DNA of 64,000 nucleotides from Verrucomicrobiales bacterium (GTDB taxonomy: Bacteria > Verrucomicrobiota > Verrucomicrobiia > Methylacidiphilales > JAAUTS01). Positions 28,240 through 37,549 of the stretch are shown in pieces (within the stretch, counting starts at the first letter, position 1; each line of letters opens with the position of its first letter). The DNA is taken from assembly GCA_031256975.1 (NCBI GenBank), contig JAIRPN010000018.1, positions 807 through 64,806 of the forward strand, given 5' to 3'. A model generated the notes under the pieces. The model was not told the DNA's origin. It saw only the letters and a program-made list of their open reading frames with translations, and searched no databases. Made by a program: the position numbers and the translations under genes.

Positions 28240-29136
28240 ATGAGGGTGGATGATATCGCGGCCGCGGGTCTGAGGCTGCTGCCGATCAAGCGGCGCACGC
28301 TGGTGCAAATCAGGAACCGGCGGGACTTAAAAGGGGCCTTTTTCGGGATCAAAAAGGCCGTTACATTCAACGAAAAGATCGAGTGGATCAAGGCTAACTA
28401 CCGCAAGCCACTCATGGTGCGTTGCGCGGATAAATACCTGGCGCGGGAATATGTCGGTTCCCTTCTGCCGGAAACTTATCTGGTCCCCTTGTATGGCGTT
28501 TATCGCAGGGCTGAGGAAATTAATTACGACCAACTGCCGGAGCAATTCGCGTTGAAAGTAAACCACGGGTCGGGCTGGAATATTTTTTGCCGCTCGAAAA
28601 GCCAGCTTGACCGGCGGCAGGCCAATGCGCAGTTAAACGGCTGGCTGGACCAAAGCTGGTATAATCACCGCAACCGGGAATGGGTGTACAAGGACATCCC
28701 GCGCAGGATTGTCTGTGAAAAATATTTTATTCCCGGGGAAGGAGGCTGGCCGCTGAATTACAAGGTGCATTGTTTTCACGGTGTCGCCCGCTATGTGGAA
28801 CTTGGCAGCAACAACCAATCCGAGGTTTACAGCCGGAACATTTATGACCGGGATTGGAATTTACAGCCGTTCCGTTGGAATTATCCGAATCTGCATTTTG
28901 CGGTGGAGCGGCCGTCCCATCTTGAGGAACTGTTGCGGATTTCCGAGCGCTTGGCCGCCCCTTTCCCATATGTGCGGGCGGATTTCTTTATCGAGGACGG
29001 GCAAATTTACTTCAATGAATTGACTTTTTACCCGAGCAATGCGTTGTCGCGTTTTTACCCGGAAAAATATGATGCCCTGGTCGGCGGTCATCTGGACTTG
29101 GACAGGGTTCGTTGTGAATTAAGCAGGGGGTTGTAA
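28240..29136 (+). CDS. TupA-like ATP-grasp family protein
   Basis: FNEKIEWIK..DKYLAREYV.., FALKVNHGSG, YKVHCFHG and VRADFF are typical of the TupA-like ATP-grasp family. GC is lower than in the flanks. Confidence 0.7.
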   Translation: MRVDDIAAAGLRLLPIKRRTLVQIRNRRDLKGAFFGIKKAVTFNEKIEWIKANYRKPLMVRCADKYLAREYVGSLLPETYLVPLYGVYRRAEEINYDQLPEQFALKVNHGSGWNIFCRSKSQLDRRQANAQLNGWLDQSWYNHRNREWVYKDIPRRIVCEKYFIPGEGGWPLNYKVHCFHGVARYVELGSNNQSEVYSRNIYDRDWNLQPFRWNYPNLHFAVERPSHLEELLRISERLAAPFPYVRADFFIEDGQIYFNELTFYPSNALSRFYPEKYDALVGGHLDLDRVRCELSRGL

Positions 29137-29233
29137 TTAATGGTGAAGCCCATTATCGGCGGTATTTGCATTGACGCCATGATTAATGGTTGCCGAACCG
29201 GCAAGTCCTGCTAATTTTCGTTCCCTTATTGAT

Positions 29234-31060
29234 ATGCAGAACATCCGCAACATCGCGATTATCGCGCACATCGACCACGGCAAAACGACCCTGGTTGACG
29301 CCATCCTCCGTCAGGCCGGCACTTTCCGTTCCAACCAGGTCGTCGCCGAGCGCGTCATGGACTCGATGGACCTTGAAAAGGAAAAGGGCATCACCATCCG
29401 CGCCAAGAACGCCAGCTTCAAGTGGAAGGATTACCACATCAACATCGTCGATACTCCCGGTCACGCCGACTTTGGCGGCGAGGTTGAGCGCATCATGAAG
29501 ATGATCGACTGCGTGTTTCTGGTGGTGGACGCGTTCGACGGCCCGCAGGCGCAGACCAAGTTTGTGTTGAAGAAGGCGCTGGAATCCGGTTTGCGGCCGA
29601 TGGTGTTCATCAACAAAGTCGACCGTGAAAATTCCCGTCCGCACAAGGTGCTGGACATGGTGTTCGAATTGTTCCTGGAATTGAATGCCACCGACGAGCA
29701 ACTGGATTTCCCGGTGTTGTATGGTTCCGCCAAGGAAGGCTTTGCCGCGCGCGAATGGGGAGGTTCGATCACCGACGAGATGCGTGCCAACGGCATGCAG
29801 CCGGTTTACGAAACCATTGTCAAACACGTCCCGCCGCCGGATGCCGACTTGAACGCGCCGTTCCGCATGTCAGTCGCCAACTTGGATTACAGCGATTACG
29901 TCGGCCGTATCGCCTACGGCAAGATTTACGGCGGCAAAGTCAGGGTCGGCGATTCCGTAGTCTGTTTTCACGTCAATGGCGGCAAGGAAAAGGGCAAGGT
30001 CACCAAGATTTTTTCCTACAACGGCCTGCAACAAATTGAAGTTGAGGAAGCCGAGGCCGGAACAATTATTGGTTTGTCAGGATTGGAAAGCGTATTTATC
30101 GGTGAAACAATTGCCGAGAATGAAAATTGCGAACCGCTGCCGGTCATGACCATTGACCCGCCGACCATTCAAATGTCGTTCGTGGTGAACGATTCGCCAT
30201 TAGCGGGTCAGGAAGGCAAATTCCTCACCGCCCGGCACATCCTGGAACGTTTGGTGCGTGAAACCCGCACGAACGTTAGCTTGAGCGTGAAGGAAACCGA
30301 AGCGGCGGGAAACTTCCTCGTTAGCGCCCGCGGTGAAATGCAGGTGGCCATCCTGGTCGAGCAAATGCGCCGGGAAGGCTTTGAATTGATGGTGTCGCGT
30401 CCCGAAGTGATTTTCCAGAAGGACGACAACGGTAATCTGTTGGAACCGTATGAGACCATGTATATCGATCTGCCGAGCGAAAACCTGGGCGATGTGCTGC
30501 AAAACCTCGCCGAACGCAAGGGTGAGACGGTGAACATGGAGCACCAGGCCAAGACCATTTTATTGGAAGTGGTGATTCCGACCCGCGGCTTGATCGGTTT
30601 TGAAACCGACCTGCTCAACCTGAGCAAGGGCATGGGCATCATGAGTCATTTGTTCAAGGAATACGGGCCGCATAAGGGCGACATCCGCAGCCGTGCGAAC
30701 GGCGTGGCCATCGCCATGGAAGCGGGCGAAACCACTTCTTATTCACTGGCCCAATTGCAAGAGCGCATCCGCATGTTTGTCGGCCCGGCCGAACAGGTTT
30801 ACGAGGGCATGGTGTTCGGGGAAAACTCCCGCCCAGACGACATGCTGGCGAATCCTTGCAAAGCGAAGGCGTTGACCAATATGCGTTCCACAGGTGACGG
30901 CAAGGCGACCCAATTGACTCCTCCGCTCAAGATGAGCTTGGAGCGTTGTTTGGAATACATTGGTCCCGATGAATTCCTGGAAATCACCCCGACCAACCTG
31001 CGCATGCGCAAGAAATTGCTGGGCACCACCGCGCGCCGCCGTGCGGGTTCGAAGGTATAA
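29234..31060 (+). CDS. typA: translational GTPase TypA/BipA
   Basis: ATG 29234 gives MQNIRNIAIIAHIDHGKTTLVD, followed by DTPGHADFGGEVER and NKVDR. The match is full length. Confidence 0.95.
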   Translation: MQNIRNIAIIAHIDHGKTTLVDAILRQAGTFRSNQVVAERVMDSMDLEKEKGITIRAKNASFKWKDYHINIVDTPGHADFGGEVERIMKMIDCVFLVVDAFDGPQAQTKFVLKKALESGLRPMVFINKVDRENSRPHKVLDMVFELFLELNATDEQLDFPVLYGSAKEGFAAREWGGSITDEMRANGMQPVYETIVKHVPPPDADLNAPFRMSVANLDYSDYVGRIAYGKIYGGKVRVGDSVVCFHVNGGKEKGKVTKIFSYNGLQQIEVEEAEAGTIIGLSGLESVFIGETIAENENCEPLPVMTIDPPTIQMSFVVNDSPLAGQEGKFLTARHILERLVRETRTNVSLSVKETEAAGNFLVSARGEMQVAILVEQMRREGFELMVSRPEVIFQKDDNGNLLEPYETMYIDLPSENLGDVLQNLAERKGETVNMEHQAKTILLEVVIPTRGLIGFETDLLNLSKGMGIMSHLFKEYGPHKGDIRSRANGVAIAMEAGETTSYSLAQLQERIRMFVGPAEQVYEGMVFGENSRPDDMLANPCKAKALTNMRSTGDGKATQLTPPLKMSLERCLEYIGPDEFLEITPTNLRMRKKLLGTTARRRAGSKV

Positions 31061-31091
31061 TTTGGCTATTAGCGTTGCAAAGCCGTCGCCA

Positions 31092-31460
31092 TTAATCCTG
31101 GAACGGCTTCATCAACGCCAGCCATGAGCCGACGATTGCCAGCAGTCCGAGCCAGATGATGATCAGCGCCGCAAGGTTGCTGAAGCGCTTGACCAGCGCG
31201 AACGAGGCGCCGAGCAGGATCCAGACAATCACCAGGCCGATCACCCAAAAGGGCAGGCCGCTGGTATAACCCAGCTTGGCCGCCAGCCCGAAGCCGCTGA
31301 TCAAGGCGAGCAACATGCCCAACCCGTGGGTCAGGGCGAACAACAGTCGCTTGCCGGTTTCCTCGTTTTTTCCCCAGCGCAACGCGAGTACGCCTGCCAG
31401 GCCCATGAACGCCAAAACCAAACCGGTGAAGTGCAACATCTTGTACAACTGAATGCTCAT
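31092..31460 (-). CDS. small four-TM membrane protein
   Basis: ORF track. There are four hydrophobic helices. I recognise no family confidently. Confidence 0.55.
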   Translation of the reverse strand: MSIQLYKMLHFTGLVLAFMGLAGVLALRWGKNEETGKRLLFALTHGLGMLLALISGFGLAAKLGYTSGLPFWVIGLVIVWILLGASFALVKRFSNLAALIIIWLGLLAIVGSWLALMKPFQD

Positions 31461-31622
31461 AATTAAGGGCAGCTTAGGTTGCCGTGACAGGCTGGCAAGC
31501 CGCTAATGACGAAATCGCCGTTAGCGTCTAGTAATTTTGATTATCCAAAACAAGCTCTTGCTTTAGATAAAGTGATTGCGCTAATACTGTTCCCGAATTT
31601 TAACCCCCGATCCGAGAAAATT

Positions 31623-32921
31623 ATGACACGCCGTGTAATCGATATTCAGGAAAAACTGCCGATTTTGCAAACCCTGCCGCTAAGTTTGCAGCATCTGTTC
31701 GCCATGTTCGGGGCAACGGTGCTGGTGCCGGTGTTGTTTCGCGTGAACCCGGCGACGATTCTTTTATTCAACGGTCTTGGCACCTTGTTGTATATCCTGA
31801 TTTGTCGTGGCAAAATCCCCGCGTATCTCGGTTCCAGCTTCGCGTTTATTTCGCCGGTGTTTGCCGTTTACGCGATGAGAGGGGTGCCGGAAGGCGCGCC
31901 TCCCGGCGCGGCATACCAGGCGGCGCTCGGCGGGTTCATCGCCTGCGGTGTGGTGTTTTGCGTGGTGGCGCTCATTATCGGCAGGGTGGGCACGCGCTGG
32001 CTCGACGTGGTGATGCCGCCCGCCGCGATGGGGGCGATTGTCGCGGTAATCGGTTTGGAATTGGCGGGCGTGGCTGCGCAAATGGCAGGATTGGCGCCGG
32101 GGTTGAATTTTGGCATGAGTTCGCAGCAGGCGATTGCCATTTCGCTGGCGACGCTAACCGTGACCGTGCTGGGTTCGGTGTTGTTCCGCGGTTTCTTCGC
32201 CATCATCCCGATCCTGATCGGTGTGTTGTTCGGTTACGGGCTGTCCTTCGTGATGGGCGTGGTCAACATGGGGCCGCTCAACACCGCGCATTGGTTTGCC
32301 CTGCCGGAGTTTTATCATCCGGTGTTCGACTGGAAAGTCATGCTGGTGATTCTGCCCGCGGCCCTGGTGGTGATCGTTGAACATACCGGGCACTTGGTGG
32401 TCACTTCCAATATCGTTGGCCGTGACTTGGTCAAGGATCCCGGCCTGCATCGTTCATTGTTGTCGAACGGCCTGTCGACCATCCTCTCCGGTTTCTTTGG
32501 TTCGACCCCCAACACCACCTACGGTGAAAACATCGGTGTCCTGGCCATTACCAAGGTATTCAGCACCTGGGTGATTGGCGGCGCGGCGCTAATCGCCATC
32601 ATCCTGTCCTGCGTCGGCAAGCTCGCCGCCGCCATTGCGGCGGTTCCCACCCCGGTGATGGGCGGTGTCTGCCTGCTGCTGTTCGGCGTCATTGGCGCCT
32701 CCGGCGTGCGCGTGCTGGTGGACTCGAAAGTGGATTACAACAAACCGCAGAACCTGATTCTTACCTCCGTGATTTTGATCATCGGCATTAGCGGCGCGAA
32801 ACTCCCGCTTGGCGCGGTTGAGCTCAAGGGCATGGCCTTGGCGACCGTGATTGGCATCGTCCTGAGTCTGGTGTTCAAACTGATTGAGATCGTCTTCGGC
32901 AGCGAGAAAATCGAACGCTAA
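31623..32921 (+). CDS. NCS2-family nucleobase (uracil/xanthine-type) permease
   Basis: ATG 31623. LSLQHLFAMFGATVLVPVL, multiple TM helices and ..TTYGENIGVLAITKV.. are present. Confidence 0.85.
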   Translation: MTRRVIDIQEKLPILQTLPLSLQHLFAMFGATVLVPVLFRVNPATILLFNGLGTLLYILICRGKIPAYLGSSFAFISPVFAVYAMRGVPEGAPPGAAYQAALGGFIACGVVFCVVALIIGRVGTRWLDVVMPPAAMGAIVAVIGLELAGVAAQMAGLAPGLNFGMSSQQAIAISLATLTVTVLGSVLFRGFFAIIPILIGVLFGYGLSFVMGVVNMGPLNTAHWFALPEFYHPVFDWKVMLVILPAALVVIVEHTGHLVVTSNIVGRDLVKDPGLHRSLLSNGLSTILSGFFGSTPNTTYGENIGVLAITKVFSTWVIGGAALIAIILSCVGKLAAAIAAVPTPVMGGVCLLLFGVIGASGVRVLVDSKVDYNKPQNLILTSVILIIGISGAKLPLGAVELKGMALATVIGIVLSLVFKLIEIVFGSEKIER

Positions 32922-32930
32922 CGGTGAAAA

Positions 32931-34442
32931 TTATTGCGGTTGCACGACGCGGTACAGTTCGGGTTTGGAAGCCCAAACCCAGTCCAATTCGTCTGACCTG
33001 ATGGTGGAATACCCGTTAGCAGTTTGGCGTTTGCCGCCGCTAATGACGCCTCCATCATCCCTCATATTCCAGCCAATGGAATATAGGATATAATCTTGGT
33101 CGTTAACCCGCTTGTAAATCATCGGGGCGCTAATGACGCCTTGGTTGGGGATTTTATTCAAATATTCAGGCATCAATTCGTTTAATGTCAGTGGTAGTTT
33201 TTTGTTGTGAATTTTATATCGTTCCAGTCCGCAAGCGAGGATGGCTTGGTGGTTAAAGACTTCTGTAAGAGCAGTACCGGACGATGCTTTTGAGATGGCA
33301 GGTAAAGCCAATAATGTGAACGGGTATAAAATTTTGTTAATTTGGTTATGATCGAAATTATTTTTTTCACGGTCAAGCGCATCGATTTTCCCACAAGCAA
33401 TGACTAAGTTTTGTTCATCAATGGTATTGTTGTAATCAGTGATAAAGGTTGCATATCGCAAAAAATCCAATTGATCCCAACCAGTCGGGCGCAAGCTAAG
33501 AAAAAGAGCCTGACTTCTGCTTATCCCTAAAATACTCATGTAATTGTTAAGAATTCTTAAATCACGAAATTCTTTGTTTAGTTGGGGGGTCATAACGTAA
33601 AAAAACGTTAACTCAGCTTGTAAGCTTTGTTTGAAGGCCGAAATATTTTCCATTTTAACGAAGATATTTTGTAATCGTGACAGATCTTTTTCCTGCCATT
33701 GGTTTTTGGCGCAGCCAGCCCAAAATGGATTGATAATCAGCCGTTGTTCGGTGATGGATACCAATACGGAAATTAAAGCCGGACTTTGTTCGGTGGCCCA
33801 AGCTAGGCGATAGCCGCTAATGATGTCGTCCGCCGCTTTTTCGCTTTGTCCCAATTCCAAGTAAATTGCAGCGCGCAAGGCGAACATTTTACTTAGATTC
33901 AAACTGGAATTCATGAATGGAAAGGTCATACCCAATCCCTTTTCATAAGCTAATGGCCAGCGGCAATTTGGAAGTTTCAATGCTTCAGAGGCCTCTTCCA
34001 TGAGTGGACTCCATGTCTGATCCATTTGAGATAACAGTTGCTGTGCCGCTTCCTTCGTAGTTAGCGTCGTTGACGCGTCTTTGATGAACGCACGAAGATC
34101 ACCTAATTCGCCCTTGGCTTGGTTGGAATAAGCGCTTTTGAAATATTTTGAGTTTGCCGCCGGATAAATAACGGGGATTTTCTTCAGCCGCGCGTTTGGA
34201 TTTTCGTTGCCGCCAGACAAAAATATTTCCGCGAAAATTGGCGCAGCGGCGATGTTGTCTTCGTCGGGAATTGGTGGCGGCATGAGTTCGGCGATGCTTA
34301 GCGGATATTTTTCGGCTTTTAATCTGGCAACGGTTTCGTTGTACTCCCGCGCGCCGCGCCAGTTTTCCTCGGCATAGAATAAGACAATTAAGGTGATGAG
34401 GAACGTCAAGGACCAGAGGGTGATTTTTAGGAATTTTTTCAT
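32931..34442 (-). CDS. membrane-anchored hypothetical protein (503 aa), markedly AT-richer than surroundings
   Basis: N-terminal TM anchor MKKFLKITLWSLTFLITLIVLFY. It is the last gene of the ECF sigma / anti-sigma-like operon. I recognise no family. Confidence 0.6.
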   Translation of the reverse strand: MKKFLKITLWSLTFLITLIVLFYAEENWRGAREYNETVARLKAEKYPLSIAELMPPPIPDEDNIAAAPIFAEIFLSGGNENPNARLKKIPVIYPAANSKYFKSAYSNQAKGELGDLRAFIKDASTTLTTKEAAQQLLSQMDQTWSPLMEEASEALKLPNCRWPLAYEKGLGMTFPFMNSSLNLSKMFALRAAIYLELGQSEKAADDIISGYRLAWATEQSPALISVLVSITEQRLIINPFWAGCAKNQWQEKDLSRLQNIFVKMENISAFKQSLQAELTFFYVMTPQLNKEFRDLRILNNYMSILGISRSQALFLSLRPTGWDQLDFLRYATFITDYNNTIDEQNLVIACGKIDALDREKNNFDHNQINKILYPFTLLALPAISKASSGTALTEVFNHQAILACGLERYKIHNKKLPLTLNELMPEYLNKIPNQGVISAPMIYKRVNDQDYILYSIGWNMRDDGGVISGGKRQTANGYSTIRSDELDWVWASKPELYRVVQPQ

Positions 34443-34454
34443 GGGATATGGATT

Positions 34455-34793
34455 TTAAAAATGTTTCGGTGCGGAAAAACTCGGGCCGTCGCAATCGGGC
34501 AGACGGTTTTCGTTTTGCAGCATGGCGATTTGCAACTGGGTCATTAGCGTGATTTGCCGGAATTCGGTGTAGCTGACCGGAGGGCCGGAAGGAGCGGGAA
34601 TATCAGGGGTGTTGCAGTAAAGGGCGAGAATGGCCAGCCAAAGTGTGACAAGGGGGGCGGTAAGCCATGGATTAAACGAAAATCTGCGGGCGCTAATGTC
34701 GGGTTGGTCGTTAGCGGGCAGAATACGATTTTTCCATTCCGCAGGTAGCGGGCGGAACTTCAGATCGCGCAGTTGTTGTTCGAGATCAAGCAT
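34455..34793 (-). CDS. putative anti-sigma factor-like single-pass membrane protein
   Basis: It overlaps the stop of the ECF sigma gene by 8 nt. One TM helix is present (WLTAPLVTLWLAILALY). The call rests on position only. Confidence 0.45.
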   Translation of the reverse strand: MLDLEQQLRDLKFRPLPAEWKNRILPANDQPDISARRFSFNPWLTAPLVTLWLAILALYCNTPDIPAPSGPPVSYTEFRQITLMTQLQIAMLQNENRLPDCDGPSFSAPKHF

Positions 34794-35292
34794 GGTCTTT
34801 AGTGGATTGACGTTGCATGGCGCGTAATTTGTCTAAGGCATAGCGGTAACGGCTGGCCGCGGTGTCGGGCGGAATATCGAGCAATTTGGCGATTTCCCGG
34901 AAAGTAAGCTCCTCCCAAATCTTCAGGTGCACGATGCTACGCTGGTCGGCTGGCAATTTGCCGAGCCATTCGGTGACCAGTTCGCCATTAGCGTCGTTTG
35001 CGGGTGTCGACTCGAACAGGTGGGAGTGGTTGCCGAAGTCGTCCAGTGTCTGTGCCCGGAGTTTTTCCCGGCGACAGTGGTCGATGAACAGGCAGTAAGC
35101 GGAACGCAGCAGATAACGGCGTTTGTGTCGCACGAGTCTCCACGCTAACGACGAGCGTTGGGAAAGCTTCAGGAACAGTTCATGCAACAGATCCTGGCTG
35201 ACTGATTCGGAGCGGGACAGGTTCAGCAGGTAGGCGAAAACAGCGTTGCCGTGTTCCGTGTAAACCTGTTCCAAGTCGCGAGCCGAAATCAT
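34786..35292 (-). CDS. ECF-type RNA polymerase sigma-70 family factor
   Basis: Region 2 (DLLHELFLKL) and region 4 (LPADQRSIVHLKIWEELTFREIAKLLDIPPDTAASRYRYAL) are recognisable. Confidence 0.85.
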   Translation of the reverse strand: MISARDLEQVYTEHGNAVFAYLLNLSRSESVSQDLLHELFLKLSQRSSLAWRLVRHKRRYLLRSAYCLFIDHCRREKLRAQTLDDFGNHSHLFESTPANDANGELVTEWLGKLPADQRSIVHLKIWEELTFREIAKLLDIPPDTAASRYRYALDKLRAMQRQSTKDHA

Positions 35293-35337
35293 CCGTTATG
35301 AATTAGACGCTAACGGTGAGGTTTTTGTCTAACTAAA

Positions 35338-37113
35338 TTATTTTGCCGACAAAGTCAGCAGTAAATCTGTCTTGGAGACGAAGCCGAGCAGGGTGCGGTC
35401 CAGGTCGTTATTGATCACGGGGATGCGCTCGCCATCGAATTTGGCGAAGCCTTGCAGGGCTTGCGTCAGGTCCTGGTCGACTTTCAACGTCGGGAAGTCG
35501 TCGCGCATGATGTCGGCGACAATGACAGCCTGTGAGATGTTGGGGTCGTTGAGGAAGGGTTTCATCTCGTGCAGCGAGACAATGCCGAGGAATTTCTTGT
35601 CCTTGTCGACCACGTACAAGTTGTTGAGCCGGTAGCCGACGAACATTTGCGCGGTTTGCCCGAACGACGCGGTTTCCGGCACGCAGGGCGGGTCGCGGCG
35701 CAGCAAGTCCTTCACCGTTAGCGCCCGTTTATTGAGCAATTCGTTGGCGTCCTGTTTGTTTTGCAGGTGCTTGGCATAGATGGATTGCTGGCCCAGGCTC
35801 TTGGAGACAAAATAGGCCGTCACGCAGCCCAGCATTAGCGGCAGCACCACTTCATATTGCAACGACATTTCGAAAATCATGATGATCGACATCAATACCG
35901 CCTGGGTGCTGGCCGCCAGCACGCAACCCATGCCGACCAAGGCGAACCCCGCCGGAGTGATCGCCAAGGACGGGAAGATCGCGTTCATCCCGTAACCGAA
36001 CAGCCAGCCAATGGCGGCGCCCATGAACAGCGTTGGGGTGAACACGCCGCCGACCGCCCCGGAACCGACACTGGCGCTGGTGGCGAAAATCTTGCAGAGG
36101 AATATCGTCAGTACCCACGTCCACACCAGCGAGTCGCTGCGCAGGAAGTCGCCCACCACGCCATAGCCGTTGCCCCAGACTTCGGGCGCGTAAATGGAAA
36201 CCAAGCCAACAATCAATCCGCCGATTCCCAGCTTCACGGTTAGCGGCAGGTTGAGCTTGTGAAACAGTTCCTCGCCGTCGTGCAGCATCTTGAGGAACAT
36301 GGGCGAAAAGACCCCGGCAAGGATTCCCAACAACAAAAACAACAGGTAATCCCAGTTGGAGCCGACATGAAAAACGGTCGGCATCAAATAGGTCGGGGTG
36401 GTGCCGATCAGTTGATACACCACCAAAGTCGAAATAAACGAACTGAACACCAGCGGGCCGAAGGTTTCCATCGCGATGGAGCCCAGAATGATTTCCGCCA
36501 CGAACAAGGCCCCGGCTACCGGGGTTTTATAGGCCGCCGCGATGCCCGCCGCGGCGCCGCAGGCAACCATCAAGCGGAGCCGGGGGGTCGAGACTTGGCG
36601 GGCGCGACCCAGCCAGGAGGCGAAAGTTGCCGACAGGGTCACCATCGCGCCTTCGCGCCCGATGGAACTGCCGGAGGCGATGGAAAACAACGAGGACAAA
36701 CTCTTGATCGCGGTGTCGCGCAGCCGGATAATGCCGTTGCCGACCAATACTGCCTCCATGTAATCGGTGGTTTTTTTGTCGCGGGTCAGCAACCGGCCGC
36801 CGAGGTATAAAATGCCGCCGGCCAGCAGGCCGCCCAGGGTCGGGATCAAGACCCGTTCCCAGTAATTCAAATCGTTGGCGATCACGATCAAATTGGTTTC
36901 CGAATGGTCGGTCAGCACCCGTTGCAGGGCATAGACGCAGTTCAGGAACCCGACCGAGAGCAGGCCGCCGCACAATCCGACAATGCCCGCCCAGAACAGC
37001 GTGATACTGGTTTCACCGAGCCGGAACCGCTCCATCAGCCAGAGGCGCAGGCGCAGGATTCTCTCAATTTTCGACGCGAGCATGTCTGAAGTAAAGATGG
37101 ACCGATTAAGCAT
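35338..37113 (-). CDS. ClC-family chloride channel/antiporter with C-terminal CBS pair
   Basis: GSSIGREGA, GGVFTPTL and the C-terminal CBS-like region (YVVDKDKKFLGIVSLHE.. IPVINNDLDRTLLGFVS) are present. ATG 37113 is chosen within the TTG-initiated ORF. Confidence 0.85.
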   Translation of the reverse strand: MLNRSIFTSDMLASKIERILRLRLWLMERFRLGETSITLFWAGIVGLCGGLLSVGFLNCVYALQRVLTDHSETNLIVIANDLNYWERVLIPTLGGLLAGGILYLGGRLLTRDKKTTDYMEAVLVGNGIIRLRDTAIKSLSSLFSIASGSSIGREGAMVTLSATFASWLGRARQVSTPRLRLMVACGAAAGIAAAYKTPVAGALFVAEIILGSIAMETFGPLVFSSFISTLVVYQLIGTTPTYLMPTVFHVGSNWDYLLFLLLGILAGVFSPMFLKMLHDGEELFHKLNLPLTVKLGIGGLIVGLVSIYAPEVWGNGYGVVGDFLRSDSLVWTWVLTIFLCKIFATSASVGSGAVGGVFTPTLFMGAAIGWLFGYGMNAIFPSLAITPAGFALVGMGCVLAASTQAVLMSIIMIFEMSLQYEVVLPLMLGCVTAYFVSKSLGQQSIYAKHLQNKQDANELLNKRALTVKDLLRRDPPCVPETASFGQTAQMFVGYRLNNLYVVDKDKKFLGIVSLHEMKPFLNDPNISQAVIVADIMRDDFPTLKVDQDLTQALQGFAKFDGERIPVINNDLDRTLLGFVSKTDLLLTLSAK

Positions 37114-37221
37114 TGAATCCAACCAAAAACCGCGGTTGGCGGTACTCCAAAGGCGGTAAAATTGAAATTCGGGGTTGAAAAATCAAAAAAATCAGGGAGT
37201 ATCTTAATTCCGTTTTTTGAT

Positions 37222-37297
<76 letters not shown>

Positions 37298-37334
37298 GCT
37301 TGGCAATTTAATTTGGAATCTTAACGAATTCACA

Positions 37335-37363
37335 TTGACGGAACCGCCAAGGATGGGCATAAT
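37335..37363 (+). promoter_or_regulatory. sigma-70-like promoter for the initiator tRNA
   Basis: TTGACG (37335..37340), a 17-nt spacer, then CATAAT (37358..37363). The tRNA 5' end lies 17 nt downstream. Confidence 0.45.
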
Positions 37364-37379
37364 ATTTATCCCTTTCAAT

Positions 37380-37460
<81 letters not shown>

Positions 37461-37482
37461 TCAACTATTTTTCTGCCCGCAC

Positions 37483-37503
37483 GGGCAAAATTTGCCCGAT
37501 TTT
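37483..37503 (+). terminator. small hairpin plus T-run after the tRNA pair
   Basis: The palindrome gggcaaaatttgccc is followed by gatttta. Confidence 0.35.
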
Positions 37504-37549
37504 AGAGGATTGTCCCCGGTTGTTTTTTCTGCATAAGTTATGACAAAAC

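Noticed and set aside
31461-31622. Possible purine/pyrimidine-type riboswitch upstream of the nucleobase permease
   Set aside because: I could not recognise any known riboswitch core by eye. The visible structure there is explained by the inverted motif pair. It should still be scanned with Rfam models.
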